DNA of 64,000 bases from a virus (IMGVR_UViG_3300017909_003066:32001-96000), one strand, 5' to 3'. Positions 27,536 through 37,783 are shown, counted from the stretch's first letter. Made by a program: numbers and translations. The notes: generated by a model not told the origin, from the sequence alone.

Positions 27536-28165
27536 TTAGATATATTGCGGGCCTAATGCCCAAACTACAAGACTTTTACGTGTACCAGATGTAACAGGAT
27601 GTACGCAATGTGGTATAATAGAACTGAAAATAACCATATCTCCAATTCCTCCTAGTTTTACAACTTCAGTTTTTCGTTCATTGTGTTCCATACCACCATC
27701 AAGTTCAAAATCACCGCCTTCATATTCACTAGGATCATTCATTAGTATTGTAGCACTTAACTTTCTTAATTTGCCAGGAAATTGTGTATCATCGCCATAC
27801 GGCCAAGGATGTGCATCATAGTGCCAATCATAGTGTCCATTTTCATGTCCGTGGTATATTGTGTATTGGCAAGGTTCAAATTGATCTATCCTTAGTTTCC
27901 ATTGACATTCATCATTCGCAGTAATAAACATTTGTTGAAGTCTTTCGAATACCCAAGGCTCTTCAAAGAACCATAAATCACTTCTTCTTATGTCTGCGTT
28001 TGGAATTCCACTAAATGTTTCCTCTTGGGCAGGATCTTTTGTTTGAAACCCTGTCATGCCACGTTGATTGTAGCCTTTAGTTTGTGCTATTTTTTCTATT
28101 TCTTTACACTCTTCTGGTGTAAAAACTTTTAGATATGTTTGAAATAATATAGGTGAGTTAAGCAT
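27536..28165 (-). CDS. 2OG-Fe(II) oxygenase (PKHD/prolyl-hydroxylase type)
   Basis: YDWHYD, RKLS, YEGG.F and H.V.PVT.G.R.SLV.W motifs. Confidence 0.92.
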   Translation of the reverse strand: MLNSPILFQTYLKVFTPEECKEIEKIAQTKGYNQRGMTGFQTKDPAQEETFSGIPNADIRRSDLWFFEEPWVFERLQQMFITANDECQWKLRIDQFEPCQYTIYHGHENGHYDWHYDAHPWPYGDDTQFPGKLRKLSATILMNDPSEYEGGDFELDGGMEHNERKTEVVKLGGIGDMVIFSSIIPHCVHPVTSGTRKSLVVWALGPQYI

Positions 28166-28201
28166 GACAGTAGTTATCTTGCCATGCTTAACCCTTATAA
28201 G

Positions 28202-28483
28202 TTATTGAGTAAATGCTTGTTTAATTTTTGTAAACAAGTTACCTATCTGAGTTTTGTTTCTTGCAAATTGATCTTTGCTGTTTTGCCAACTCTCTTTTTG
28301 ATAGGCTTTGATATCTATCCATTCGTTCTGCAAATGTGTAGAAACCTTTGCAGGAATCTCACTAATTGTTTTTGCAGTTTGTTCTAATGTAACAGTCTTC
28401 TCTTCAGCACTAACTGGCTTAACCATATATGCTACGAACACAATTACTAATATTAGTAATCCTCTTCCAAGATGTCTATTCAT
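28202..28483 (-). CDS. Secreted hypothetical protein
   Basis: Signal peptide; GAGG RBS. Confidence 0.6.
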   Translation of the reverse strand: MNRHLGRGLLILVIVFVAYMVKPVSAEEKTVTLEQTAKTISEIPAKVSTHLQNEWIDIKAYQKESWQNSKDQFARNKTQIGNLFTKIKQAFTQ

Positions 28484-28508
28484 TTTTTCCTCTCATTGTT
28501 TTTGTTTT

Positions 28509-28585
28509 TGGCCTGCCTGGGAGGATTCGAACCACCGACCTCAAGTTCCGCAAACTTGCGTTCTATCCAACTGAACTACAGGCAG
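28509..28585 (-). tRNA. tRNA-Arg(GCG)
   Basis: CTGCCTG/CAGGCAG acceptor, CAAGT-TTGCGGA-ACTTG, GGTTCGAATCC, GCCA. Confidence 0.9.
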
Positions 28586-28639
28586 ATAGTGTTAGTATAT
28601 AACATTTTGGAAAATTGTCAACCGGTGGTTTTACCAATT

Positions 28640-28846
28640 CTAATCGAAATATTTGTTTAGCATTTCCAATCTATCATGGGCCGTTGCCATTTTATCCAAT
28701 TCTTTTTGGATAGTTTCAATAATATCCGAATGTTCTCCAATGCCTACAACCTGTTGCATATAAACTTCTATGTTTGCTTTATGCAACTCAATTTCTGCTT
28801 CAGCATGTTTTTTAGCGGCTAATATTAAAGTTTGTTTCAATGTCAT
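28640..28846 (-). CDS. Phage hypothetical protein
   Basis: H.ANIEVY....GIGEHSDI motif; start MTLKQ after the tRNA. Confidence 0.7.
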   Translation of the reverse strand: MTLKQTLILAAKKHAEAEIELHKANIEVYMQQVVGIGEHSDIIETIQKELDKMATAHDRLEMLNKYFD

Positions 28847-28861
28847 AATCCTTCCTTTATG

Positions 28862-28936
28862 TGGTGCTGGCGGAGAGAATCGAACTCCCAACCTACTGAT
28901 TACAAATCAGTTGCTCTACCGTTGAGCCACGCCAGC
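28862..28936 (-). tRNA. tRNA-Thr(UGU)
   Basis: GCTGGCG acceptor, ACTGA-TTTGTAA-TCAGT, ACCA. Confidence 0.95.
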
Positions 28937-28993
28937 ACATTAATAGTCTATTGTACTTATTTTAAATTAAAAAGTTAATCTTTTGTTTGGAGA

Positions 28994-30043
28994 TTATGCT
29001 TTACTTTTTAGCATACTGAGTTGTGCATATACTTCGGAAGGTCTTGCTTGACTTGGTATTGCACTGATTGAAAAGGATCCTAATTGTCCAGAATTTCTTA
29101 AATTTGCAAAATCAGTACCGTCTTTCATTACTGCATATTTTCCATGTGTAAAGTTAATGGCTAAACAAATATCCCAACCATATGCTCTTTTATACTCATT
29201 GAAATTTGCAACTGCATAATCTAATTCTGCTTTTTCTGGATTATCTTGCATACAAGCATTTACCATTTCGGCAGGTTGTTTGAATATTCCACTATACCAT
29301 TTTGTAAGTAAATCTTGTCTTTGTTTTTTCTTAGTTGCATCATTAAGTGGTAAATCTACTGCAAGATATCTAACTAAATTTTTAACACTTAACGTTTTTG
29401 CTTTATTTTGAATATGATCAGCAACACTAGGTAATACACTCCAATACTTCACAGCATCTTCTCTTCTAGGGCCGCCATCACCTAATCTACCACCACCTGT
29501 ACTCATTTCTGCTTTAACTTCAATACGTCCGGCACCTACTACATCTAAGTCACCTTCTTCTGTCCTTAGAGTAACACTTTTACTCATCATAGCCATACCA
29601 TATTCGCCTGGACCTTTTTGAAGTTTTCCTGCTCCTACTTCAGCAAGTGCAGTGTAAACTTTTGTAGCAGTTTCGTCACCGTTAAAGAGTGCTGATAAAG
29701 GGCCTGCACCTACAGTTTTAAATGCTGATGGATTTACAACATTTCCTTTTGCTAACTTATCTAAAAATGCATTTATTTTTTTATAGTCACTATCAACATG
29801 AAAAATTAGTTGTGTAATTTTTTGTATTAAAGGTTGAATGTTAAAATTATCGTCTGCTGTCGTAATATTAAATGTTTGAGCAATTTTATCTTTAATATCA
29901 CCTTGATTAAGGATCTTGTAAATCTTATCAATTAACTGAGCGTCTTGTTCATTGTCAGCAGTCAACCCACTTACAACAGTAATAATGTTCTGTTGTGCAG
30001 TTTTTACGTCAGTGTATTCTCTTAAAAATTCTAAGGCTCTCAT
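28994..30043 (-). CDS. Putative internal head protein with PD-(D/E)xK-like motif
   Basis: Start MRALEFLRE after TAAATA; GPGE...GDL......IEVK. Confidence 0.55.
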   Translation of the reverse strand: MRALEFLREYTDVKTAQQNIITVVSGLTADNEQDAQLIDKIYKILNQGDIKDKIAQTFNITTADDNFNIQPLIQKITQLIFHVDSDYKKINAFLDKLAKGNVVNPSAFKTVGAGPLSALFNGDETATKVYTALAEVGAGKLQKGPGEYGMAMMSKSVTLRTEEGDLDVVGAGRIEVKAEMSTGGGRLGDGGPRREDAVKYWSVLPSVADHIQNKAKTLSVKNLVRYLAVDLPLNDATKKKQRQDLLTKWYSGIFKQPAEMVNACMQDNPEKAELDYAVANFNEYKRAYGWDICLAINFTHGKYAVMKDGTDFANLRNSGQLGSFSISAIPSQARPSEVYAQLSMLKSKA

Positions 30044-30054
30044 AACAAATATAT

Positions 30055-30747
30055 TTATTTTATCTTTGGAAATAAAGCATCTGTGCAAAATAGTTCAACA
30101 TCTGCTTCAGCAAGTCCTAATGACTTCATTACACGTGGTGTATGCGGGTTTTGTTGCTGATTATGACAGTAGTAGTTTTGTGCTCCAGTAATCATATCAA
30201 TTGTGCTATTACCTGTATATTCTCCAACACTATCAAACCATACATCTAAGTTTGATAATGCAAGATCGATAATAGTATCTGCTTCTTCGTCTGTGTTGAC
30301 ATTACTAGCCGCAATCATACTAGGTGTAAAAATGTTAGTTGCCCATTCTGGTAACTCACGTTTTTTACTAGGTACATAATCTGCTACTGCTTCTTCATAC
30401 CATTTTACCATAGGATGATCAGAATCTGGACTAGGTGAAAAATCATGAAATGCACCTGTCATTTTGTTTTTACCAGCAATTACGTCAAATCCATATATTG
30501 GAGCATCATTTGTAAGCACAGGAAAACAACATACATGCATCATCCACAAACCCTTAGATTCACGTACATCAACAACATCGATGTGCATTCTACGAACATC
30601 TTTGTTTGCCCATACTCTATTCAACCAACCGTTTTCAGGTTGATTAAACTGTGCCATTAATGGCTCGTTAATTTCTTCGCCTCTTTCATCAAAAATTTCT
30701 ATAATTTTATCTTGACATTCAATTAACTTATTCCAAATTCTACTCAT
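30055..30747 (-). CDS. pcyX: Ferredoxin-dependent bilin reductase (PcyX/PcyA family)
   Basis: RR.HID, MMHVCCFP, PIYGFDVI, AFHDFSP, RELPEWA.IF and Q.QNPHT motifs; adjacent to heme oxygenase. Confidence 0.8.
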   Translation of the reverse strand: MSRIWNKLIECQDKIIEIFDERGEEINEPLMAQFNQPENGWLNRVWANKDVRRMHIDVVDVRESKGLWMMHVCCFPVLTNDAPIYGFDVIAGKNKMTGAFHDFSPSPDSDHPMVKWYEEAVADYVPSKKRELPEWATNIFTPSMIAASNVNTDEEADTIIDLALSNLDVWFDSVGEYTGNSTIDMITGAQNYYCHNQQQNPHTPRVMKSLGLAEADVELFCTDALFPKIK

Positions 30748-31282
30748 TACTTAATTCCTTGAATAATTCTGTTGCAAATTCAAAACACTTGATTGCTTCG
30801 CCAACAAATATTTCTTCTTTGCCTTCTAATCTACTTCTTACTTTTGCAATTAATTCTTTTTCTTTCCCATCAAATTTATAATAGTGTCCTTCTCCTGGTA
30901 CACGTCGAGCAATCATTTGTCCACCATGAAGATCACCAAAGTGTCGGACATAGATATGAGCAAGTAATAAAATAGGTTTAAAATTGTAAAGATGATGTAC
31001 CCAATTCGTATACTTAATTGCAGATTTCTTTATTATAAAACCACCGTACATCAGTTGATCGATATCTTTTTTAATAGCATCTGCCCTACATATATCTTCA
31101 ATGCCATCTAAAATTCCTGCCTTTTTTGCCCAGCGTTCTAGTGCTTCATAAATGATATATTGATTTGCAAGATACTCAGCATAACTCTCATCAGTAAGTT
31201 CACCTTTGAGTAACTTTCTAGCAAAGTTTTGACGTTCTGCGTTTTTGTGAAAATCCCATGTCAGTTCTTTAAGAGTAGCCAT
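30740..31282 (-). CDS. hemO: Heme oxygenase
   Basis: LKELT...H..AE and AHIYVRHFGDL.GGQMI motifs. Confidence 0.93.
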   Translation of the reverse strand: MATLKELTWDFHKNAERQNFARKLLKGELTDESYAEYLANQYIIYEALERWAKKAGILDGIEDICRADAIKKDIDQLMYGGFIIKKSAIKYTNWVHHLYNFKPILLLAHIYVRHFGDLHGGQMIARRVPGEGHYYKFDGKEKELIAKVRSRLEGKEEIFVGEAIKCFEFATELFKELSNE

Positions 31283-31298
31283 GCAGATATTTACCTAA

Positions 31299-31922
31299 CT
31301 AGGCTTGTTCCCAAAAATTTATGTTTCCACTTACTGATATTCTATAATCGTCGCTTGTGTAAAAAGGATATACTGCGTGAGGCATAGCACTAGGAAACAT
31401 ACAAATCTTTCCGTTGAATGTTTTATCTGCTGGTATTGGCAATGTTGTATGTTCTCCTAAAATATTTGCATATGAAAATTCAAAGTGTCCTGCTAAATTG
31501 TTATTGCTTTTAGACCCAGGACCATATGCCATTTCATCTTCAATACTATATGGAACATTTAACCATATTACAAAACTCCATAAACCTGTATGTTGATGCA
31601 CTGGGTTGAATTCATATTTTTTTTGAAAGTTCATCCAAAATCCTTTCAACACTATTTTGCCATTTGAAATGAATCTTGGTTTATAATTAGGAAATTCGTT
31701 TTTGTAATGTTTAGCAACTTGTAGTAAGAAAGGTTCGCAGTCTTGTTTTAAATCGCTTATATCATATTCATGTCGTATATTGCCAGCAAGGTTTTTATTG
31801 TACTCTTGCCCTTGAGTAAAGTTACTTTTTAAAGCATCTGCCTTTGCTTGTAATTTGTTTATAATTTCTTGCGGAACGTCTGCAATAACATAACCTAAGT
31901 TGCTAGGAAGAAAACTGTTCAT
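31299..31922 (-). CDS. 2OG-Fe(II) oxygenase-like protein
   Basis: W.N.Q..YEFNPVHQH, FPS...H.V.P and R.SVSGN motifs. Confidence 0.85.
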   Translation of the reverse strand: MNSFLPSNLGYVIADVPQEIINKLQAKADALKSNFTQGQEYNKNLAGNIRHEYDISDLKQDCEPFLLQVAKHYKNEFPNYKPRFISNGKIVLKGFWMNFQKKYEFNPVHQHTGLWSFVIWLNVPYSIEDEMAYGPGSKSNNNLAGHFEFSYANILGEHTTLPIPADKTFNGKICMFPSAMPHAVYPFYTSDDYRISVSGNINFWEQA

Positions 31923-32227
31923 TACGCATTTTCTATCTTAACTTGTAAAGGAAATCCGCTTTCACGTGCAAGTACACTTGTTTCAACTCCTTTTTGCTCT
32001 GCAACTTCGTATGTGTAAATTCCTGCAACACCTGTACCATTTTTATGAATGTCCATCATTATTGCTTCTGCTCTCTCTTTATTATGCTTAAAGATATCTA
32101 TTAATACTTGAATAACAAAATCCATAGGAGTAATGTTATCATTATAAAAAATAACCTTGTACATTCCAGGCTCTTTTAGAGCAACGGTTTGTGTTTCTTT
32201 AGTAATAGTTTCGGCTTGTGTTGTCAT
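31922..32227 (-). CDS. clpS: ClpS N-degron adaptor
   Basis: YKVIFYND.ITPMDFVI, M.IH..G and GFPL motifs. Confidence 0.93.
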   Translation of the reverse strand: MTTQAETITKETQTVALKEPGMYKVIFYNDNITPMDFVIQVLIDIFKHNKERAEAIMMDIHKNGTGVAGIYTYEVAEQKGVETSVLARESGFPLQVKIENA

Positions 32228-32289
32228 TTAAATTATCACCCGTTAAGTATTTATTTGTATAATATACACTAGATTTATGAATAAAGCAA

Positions 32290-32320
32290 GTAGGGAAGAT
32301 GCCAAAAGCACCTCCCCTAC
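32290..32320 (-). terminator. Hairpin downstream of hsp20
   Basis: GTAGGGGAGGTGC...GCATCTTCCCTAC stem. Confidence 0.5.
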
Positions 32321-32328
32321 AATCTAGT

Positions 32329-32781
32329 TTATTTTACTGTGATAGTTCTTGCTTTTTTACTTTCTGGAATAATTCTTTCCAAAGAGATTTGAAGCAAACC
32401 ATCTTTCAACTCAGCACCTTTGACTTCTACATCATCGGAAATTGAAAAAGACTTTGTAAATTGTCTTTTGCTAATTCCTCTGTGTAAAACACCATCAGAA
32501 TCTTTGTCTTCTGTTTTGGCTTCTTGAATTGATTTAACAGTTACAATACCATCTTCGTATGTAACGTCAATATCTTTTTTGCCAAAACCAGCCAAAGCCA
32601 ACTCAATATTATATGTATGTTGTCCAGTTTTTATAATATTGTATGGTGGATAGTTACTGTTAAAAGTAGGTGCGTTGAAGAAATCATCTTCGAACATTCT
32701 TTCGAATCTATCAAAGATAGGGTCGAAACCTACTGTTACGGGTCTTAGTTGATTAAAGATTGATAGGGATTTGTTTGTCAT
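32329..32781 (-). CDS. Small heat-shock protein Hsp20 (IbpA-like)
   Basis: YPPYNI, ALAGF, HRGIS.R.F and A.L.DGLL motifs; AGGAGG RBS before MTNK. Confidence 0.95.
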   Translation of the reverse strand: MTNKSLSIFNQLRPVTVGFDPIFDRFERMFEDDFFNAPTFNSNYPPYNIIKTGQHTYNIELALAGFGKKDIDVTYEDGIVTVKSIQEAKTEDKDSDGVLHRGISKRQFTKSFSISDDVEVKGAELKDGLLQISLERIIPESKKARTITVK

Positions 32782-32978
32782 TTTCTTGTCCTCCTTATTA
32801 AGCAAGTTAATTGTAAGACCTATCAAGCATCTTACACTTTTATTTATACAACTTAATTGTTGTATACTATATTATATAAGCATTAATTACAAAAAGTCAA
32901 GTCATTTTGGATTATTTTTTTCCAAATGGTCTATGTGCTAAATATAATATACGTATATAATGGAATATTGGATAAGAC

Positions 32979-33269
32979 ATGACACAAAAAGATAGACTAG
33001 ATAAATTAGAAAAAAAGGTAGATTTAATTATGGACAAGTTAGGTCTAGAAATGGAATCACCAAAACCAGTGTTACAAGTTTTGCCTGGTAATGAAAAAGA
33101 AGTACAATTAGAACTACAAAAAGTTCTAAATGAAATTAAAGTATTGAAGATCAAATTTAGGAAAGTACTTCCTTCAAGTCCTATGAAGCAACATACACTA
33201 GATCAAATAGATGCTTTGAATCTAAAGAAAGACAAATTACAGGCCGAACTAAATGCAGTATCTAGATAG
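32979..33269 (+). CDS. Coiled-coil hypothetical protein
   Basis: Heptad pattern; overlaps hemA start. Confidence 0.6.
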   Translation: MTQKDRLDKLEKKVDLIMDKLGLEMESPKPVLQVLPGNEKEVQLELQKVLNEIKVLKIKFRKVLPSSPMKQHTLDQIDALNLKKDKLQAELNAVSR

Positions 33270-34443
33270 ATTTGAAAAAGCAGTTGACGTTTTAAAAGAA
33301 GATGGTAGGTACCGTGTCTTTAATGACATATTGCGAGAGTGTGGAGATTTTCCAAAAGCAATTTGGTATTCCAAATACGCAATCAAAAAAATAGTCAATT
33401 GGTGTTCTAATGATTACTTAGGTATGGGCCAACATCAATTTGTTTTAGATGCAATGAAAACTGCACTTGAAACTGCAGGTGCTGGTAGCGGTGGAACAAG
33501 AAATATTTCTGGTACTACCCATTATCACGTTGCCTTAGAAGCAGAACTATCCAAATTACATAATAAAGAATCGGCATTACTATTCACTAGTGCCTTTAAT
33601 GCTAATGAAACAACATTAGAAACAGTAGCAAAAATTATTCCTGATATTACTTTTATAAGTGATGCTAAAAATCATAGTTCAATTATACAAGGTATCAGAC
33701 ACAGCAAAGCAAATAAAGTTATTTGGCGACATAACGATTTAAAACATTTGGAAGAATTGTTACAAACAATAGATACTCCTGTAATGGTAGTATTTGAATC
33801 AGTTTACTCTATGGACGGAGATATTGCTCCGGTCAAAGAAATAGTTGAACTATGCAAAAAGTATAAAGCAATAAGTTATATTGATGAAGTTCATGCTGTT
33901 GGCATGTATGGACCCAACGGCGGTGGCGTTTGCGAAGAGCAAGGTTTAGACGTAGACATCATCAATGGAACACTTGCAAAGGCTTTTGGAGTTCAAGGTG
34001 GCTACATTGCCGCTAGTAAAACTTTTATTGATGCTATACGTTCATACGCACCTGCTTTCATATTTACAACATCGCTTTCCCCGGTGTTATGTGCTGGTGC
34101 TTTAGCATCAATAAAATATGTTAAAGAACATGATAATTTAAGATTGTTAATTCATAGCAAAGCAGACGAACTCAAACAAAAGTTTCGTGATGCAGATATA
34201 CCTATATTAGAAAATAACAGTCATATAGTTCCAGTAATGATAAAAGATGCTGTGAAATGTAAAAAGATATCAGACGATTTACTTTATAAAGATGGTATCT
34301 ACGTACAACCAATTAACTTTCCTACTGTTGATGTAGGAACAGAAAGACTACGTTTTTGTCCAGGACCTAATCACACATCAGGAATGATGGACGAGTTGGT
34401 GGATAAATTACTAATAGTGTTAGAAAGGCACAAAATACAATGA
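33253..34443 (+). CDS. hemA: 5-aminolevulinate synthase
   Basis: [29 protein letters not shown] and GTLAKAFG (PLP Lys) motifs. Confidence 0.95.
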   Translation: MQYLDRFEKAVDVLKEDGRYRVFNDILRECGDFPKAIWYSKYAIKKIVNWCSNDYLGMGQHQFVLDAMKTALETAGAGSGGTRNISGTTHYHVALEAELSKLHNKESALLFTSAFNANETTLETVAKIIPDITFISDAKNHSSIIQGIRHSKANKVIWRHNDLKHLEELLQTIDTPVMVVFESVYSMDGDIAPVKEIVELCKKYKAISYIDEVHAVGMYGPNGGGVCEEQGLDVDIINGTLAKAFGVQGGYIAASKTFIDAIRSYAPAFIFTTSLSPVLCAGALASIKYVKEHDNLRLLIHSKADELKQKFRDADIPILENNSHIVPVMIKDAVKCKKISDDLLYKDGIYVQPINFPTVDVGTERLRFCPGPNHTSGMMDELVDKLLIVLERHKIQ

Positions 34444-34859
34444 ATAAAATAAAAAAATATATATGGATGGGATTAGGCTTTGCGTCCTTGGGTATGGCAT
34501 ACGTTGGTGTTGTTGTTCCTGGAATTCCTTTTTCTATCTTTTTAGTTTTTGCGGCATATTGTTTTGCAAAAAGTTCTAAGAGAATGCACGATTGGTTATA
34601 CAATCACAAATACTTTGGCCCATTCTTAACCAATTGGGTACAAAAGAAAGTATTTCCTACTAAAGGAAAATACCTTATGATTGCAGTGATGGCTTCGTCA
34701 CTTATCTTCCTTTGGTTCACAACTGAAAATATAAAAGCAGTAATGTGGAGTGGAGGCTTTATGGCATTAGTAGCCATATGGGCATGGAGATTCCCTGGTT
34801 CAGTTGAAGAACACCAACGTAGAATTGATGCTGGAGAACGTGTTGCATGGCTCAAGTAA
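34440..34859 (+). CDS. YbaN/DUF454 inner membrane protein
   Basis: G.V.PG.P...F...AA.CF.KSS.R...WL.....FG motif. Confidence 0.88.
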   Translation: MNKIKKYIWMGLGFASLGMAYVGVVVPGIPFSIFLVFAAYCFAKSSKRMHDWLYNHKYFGPFLTNWVQKKVFPTKGKYLMIAVMASSLIFLWFTTENIKAVMWSGGFMALVAIWAWRFPGSVEEHQRRIDAGERVAWLK

Positions 34860-35407
34860 CTCTAACAAAGAAACCAATTCTACTAGATCCATTCATTCCA
34901 GAAGAATGGTTACATATTAGAATAAAGAAAGAAATAATTCATCAAGGCTTTCCGTGGCACTATCCAGGTGTAGCAGTAATTGATGATCCGGATCCCTATA
35001 AGGCTTGTTTTGCAACACAATTTTTTGACAAGCCTACAGGTGATGACAAATGGTATCTAGCACCGAGTCTTACTCATGCATTTGATAGTTTTGCATGGCG
35101 TAATCAAGATTGGTTTAAAATAGATCATGTGATGAGATGTAGAGCAAACATGTATGCTCCGGGTCAAGTTACAAGTCCGCATATAGATAACGAAAATGAA
35201 AACCGTTGGAGTCTACTATATTATTTGAATGATGCTGACGGTGGAACAGTTATAGATGGCAAAGAATATCAGCATAAAGAAAACACTGCGGTATTCTTTG
35301 ATGCTAGATTAAATCACTATCCTATTGCTTCAACAACGCCCAGCCGTATCAGTGTAAACTGGATAATAGCCGGACGTTATAAAGAAGATACAGTAAAACT
35401 AGATTAA
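34847..35407 (+). CDS. 2OG-Fe(II) oxygenase-like protein
   Basis: PHID, LYYLND.DG.T, H and R motifs. Confidence 0.8.
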   Translation: MAQVTLTKKPILLDPFIPEEWLHIRIKKEIIHQGFPWHYPGVAVIDDPDPYKACFATQFFDKPTGDDKWYLAPSLTHAFDSFAWRNQDWFKIDHVMRCRANMYAPGQVTSPHIDNENENRWSLLYYLNDADGGTVIDGKEYQHKENTAVFFDARLNHYPIASTTPSRISVNWIIAGRYKEDTVKLD

Positions 35408-36000
35408 AGGTTTACTTTCAAGTCAATTCCAAAAAATGCCTTATCATTTTTGAAATCATCGTCAAAATCTATTTCAATAAAAGGCGACACTGAAAATTGA
35501 CCAAACTTGTATTTTGTACCTATAAACGTTTGTAAATGGCTGTAATCTAAATTACTACCTTTATACGTATATTGTACATGTGGTTCAAAGATTAAGAACG
35601 GTGAACCAAATAGGTAGTTAGGTTGTCCTTGTGCTTTTAAACCAAACTGTGGGCGATAACGCATAACGTTTTCTTTACTTTCTCTTGATCTATGTTCAAA
35701 TCTTGAGTTGAAAAAGAACGCTCCATTTTTAATCTGCTTGACTTGAAAGCGAATCCAATCTTCACTTAAACCTGCACGATCAATACTTCTGTACTCTAAA
35801 CGATATGGTGTTTCAGAGAAATCGTATCTTAAGATACGTTGAGAATAATTTTTGTTATCATACTCTCTTGCACCAAAAGTCCAATTGTTATAAGATACAA
35901 AAGCATTTACTTCTGTGTAATCAAAGTTTTTTGCACCTGCATTACTTGTGCCGGCAAACATCAAAATGCTTGCCATAAATGCTATAATAATTAATTTCAT
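35404..36000 (-). CDS. Putative outer-membrane beta-barrel protein
   Basis: Signal peptide; alternating aromatic beta-strands; RFEHR..RYR pattern (DUF2490-like). Confidence 0.6.
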   Translation of the reverse strand: MKLIIIAFMASILMFAGTSNAGAKNFDYTEVNAFVSYNNWTFGAREYDNKNYSQRILRYDFSETPYRLEYRSIDRAGLSEDWIRFQVKQIKNGAFFFNSRFEHRSRESKENVMRYRPQFGLKAQGQPNYLFGSPFLIFEPHVQYTYKGSNLDYSHLQTFIGTKYKFGQFSVSPFIEIDFDDDFKNDKAFFGIDLKVNL

Positions 36001-36079
36001 GTTTTTTCTCCCATAAAATAAAATTAGTCAAAATAATTGATGGAGAATCTACTCTACAAATATCAATAAACTGCAATTT

Positions 36080-37129
36080 TTATAAAATTAAGGTTAATCC
36101 ACCTGCACCAACTAGTAATAATATCCATGTGCCTATAGCATTTAGATATTTTTTCCATGGTGTTCCAAAGTACATTTTGCCAATTGCCATACATTTATGC
36201 ATAGGTGATATTAGATATCCTGCATAATCCAAAGCAAAGAACCATACAAAGTATTCAATACCATACACTAAAGATAGTATTGTTGTAATAGCGGCAAATC
36301 TACTACTAGACCCAAACGCAAATGCTGAACCAAATGCCACAGAACTTATAGTAATAAATCCCTGCAACGTATCAATATCAAAAGCAGATCCTTCTAGCCA
36401 TGCTTTAACATCGTTTGTGTGTTCTCTTGAGAAGTTAGCCATTACAATAATGACTGCCACCCATGCAAGTAATTTAAAGTCTACAAAGCCTAATAGTTTT
36501 TTGTAGTTCCACGTCATAGTTAATACCATATAGTAGAACAGTAATATACCAAACACTAACCAAGGATCTAAACCTCCAACTGGTTTCAGTGCAAGTACAA
36601 TAGCAAATAGAAATGGTAAAACATTTCTAATTACATTTGATACTTTGAAATGTTGTTTCTGTATATTAAGTTCGATATCATCTTCTTTTACAAAGAAAAT
36701 AATGTAAGCAAATACTAATCCTAAAGAAACAATTAAAAGTGGTGCCAGTTGATAAACAACTGCTCCGTAACCAATACTAAATGCGGCCATTGGTATTAGA
36801 ATTGTTTTTTCTAATGGTGACCAAACATAATAATGGTGTGTTGATAGATAGTCGATAATGCCAAACTTTTCTCGTCCTTTTGATCCTTTCGGAGGAGCGA
36901 TAGTGTCTAACATACCAGCCGAAACTGTTACTCGACCCGATATGGGAAGTATACCCGTAAAAGCACTCATCAGTGCAACAATTACACGTTTTGATTTAAA
37001 AACTTTTTGAATGTAGGCATAAGCACCTGCAAACAAGTTATTCTCTTTAATTAAACCCGCAATCATCATGATAAACGCAATAAACAGTAGGTATTCTTGC
37101 CCCTTGTATAGCAAGTTAAAATTTTCCAA
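36080..37129 (-). CDS. Polytopic membrane transporter-like protein (DUF401-like)
   Basis: About 9-10 TM; P..G....SA.M, HHYY..SP and SPMHKC motifs; TTG start with AGGAG RBS. Confidence 0.65.
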   Translation of the reverse strand: MENFNLLYKGQEYLLFIAFIMMIAGLIKENNLFAGAYAYIQKVFKSKRVIVALMSAFTGILPISGRVTVSAGMLDTIAPPKGSKGREKFGIIDYLSTHHYYVWSPLEKTILIPMAAFSIGYGAVVYQLAPLLIVSLGLVFAYIIFFVKEDDIELNIQKQHFKVSNVIRNVLPFLFAIVLALKPVGGLDPWLVFGILLFYYMVLTMTWNYKKLLGFVDFKLLAWVAVIIVMANFSREHTNDVKAWLEGSAFDIDTLQGFITISSVAFGSAFAFGSSSRFAAITTILSLVYGIEYFVWFFALDYAGYLISPMHKCMAIGKMYFGTPWKKYLNAIGTWILLLVGAGGLTLIL

Positions 37130-37178
37130 GGTAATTACTCCTGTTGTTTATTGCTAATATTCACATACTAGCGTTCAT

Positions 37179-37211
37179 AAAAAAACTGCTGGGAAACTAT
37201 TCCCAACAGTT
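37179..37211 (-). terminator. Rho-independent terminator
   Basis: AACTGTTGGGAA-TAGT-TTCCCAGCAGTT followed by a T-run. Confidence 0.75.
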
Positions 37212-37240
37212 ATATTTAATTTATTGAAAATTAGACTTGT

Positions 37241-37783
37241 TTAAATTTGACTAAGATAATCTAAACAATTCTCTGGTGTTGTTTCGATATAAGGATCGTC
37301 GTCCTTACCATCATTATTGATGCCAGGTTCCTGCCACCATTTTTCAACAACTCCGTCATTGATGATAGCCATATACCGCCAACTTCTGTTACCAAATCCT
37401 CTATGGTTTTTTCCAATAAGCATACCCATAAAACGTGTAAAGTTTCCTGAACCATCTGGAATAACTTTTACATTCTTAATACCTAGCACTTCTGCCCAAG
37501 CATTCATAACAAATGTATCATTTACTGAACAACAATAAATTTCATCGATGCCCATTTTCTTAATGTGTTCGTAGTTTTCTTCAAAACTTGGTAGTTGTGT
37601 CGATGTACAAGTAGGTGTAAATGCTCCTGGTAAACTAAACAATACTACACGTTTACCTTTAAAGTAAGTATCTGTAGTTGTTTCAATCCATTCACCTTCG
37701 TCAAAACTACAACCTTGTTCTAATACGACATCACCTACACGTACTTTGAAAGTAGTTAAAGGAATTTCAAACCCTTCTTTCAT
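37241..37783 (-). CDS. Peroxiredoxin (Prx5-like redoxin)
   Basis: SLPGAFTPTC, SVND.FVM.AW and RSWRY motifs; start MKEGF with AGGAG RBS. Confidence 0.93.
   Translation of the reverse strand: MKEGFEIPLTTFKVRVGDVVLEQGCSFDEGEWIETTTDTYFKGKRVVLFSLPGAFTPTCTSTQLPSFEENYEHIKKMGIDEIYCCSVNDTFVMNAWAEVLGIKNVKVIPDGSGNFTRFMGMLIGKNHRGFGNRSWRYMAIINDGVVEKWWQEPGINNDGKDDDPYIETTPENCLDYLSQI

Noticed and set aside
28847-28891. N-terminal extensions of ORFs 28640..28891 and 12330..12824
   Set aside because: They overlap tRNA-Thr and tRNA-Gly; downstream ATGs are preferred
37130-37240. Riboswitch upstream of the transporter
   Set aside because: Only a terminator hairpin is evident; no aptamer consensus recognised
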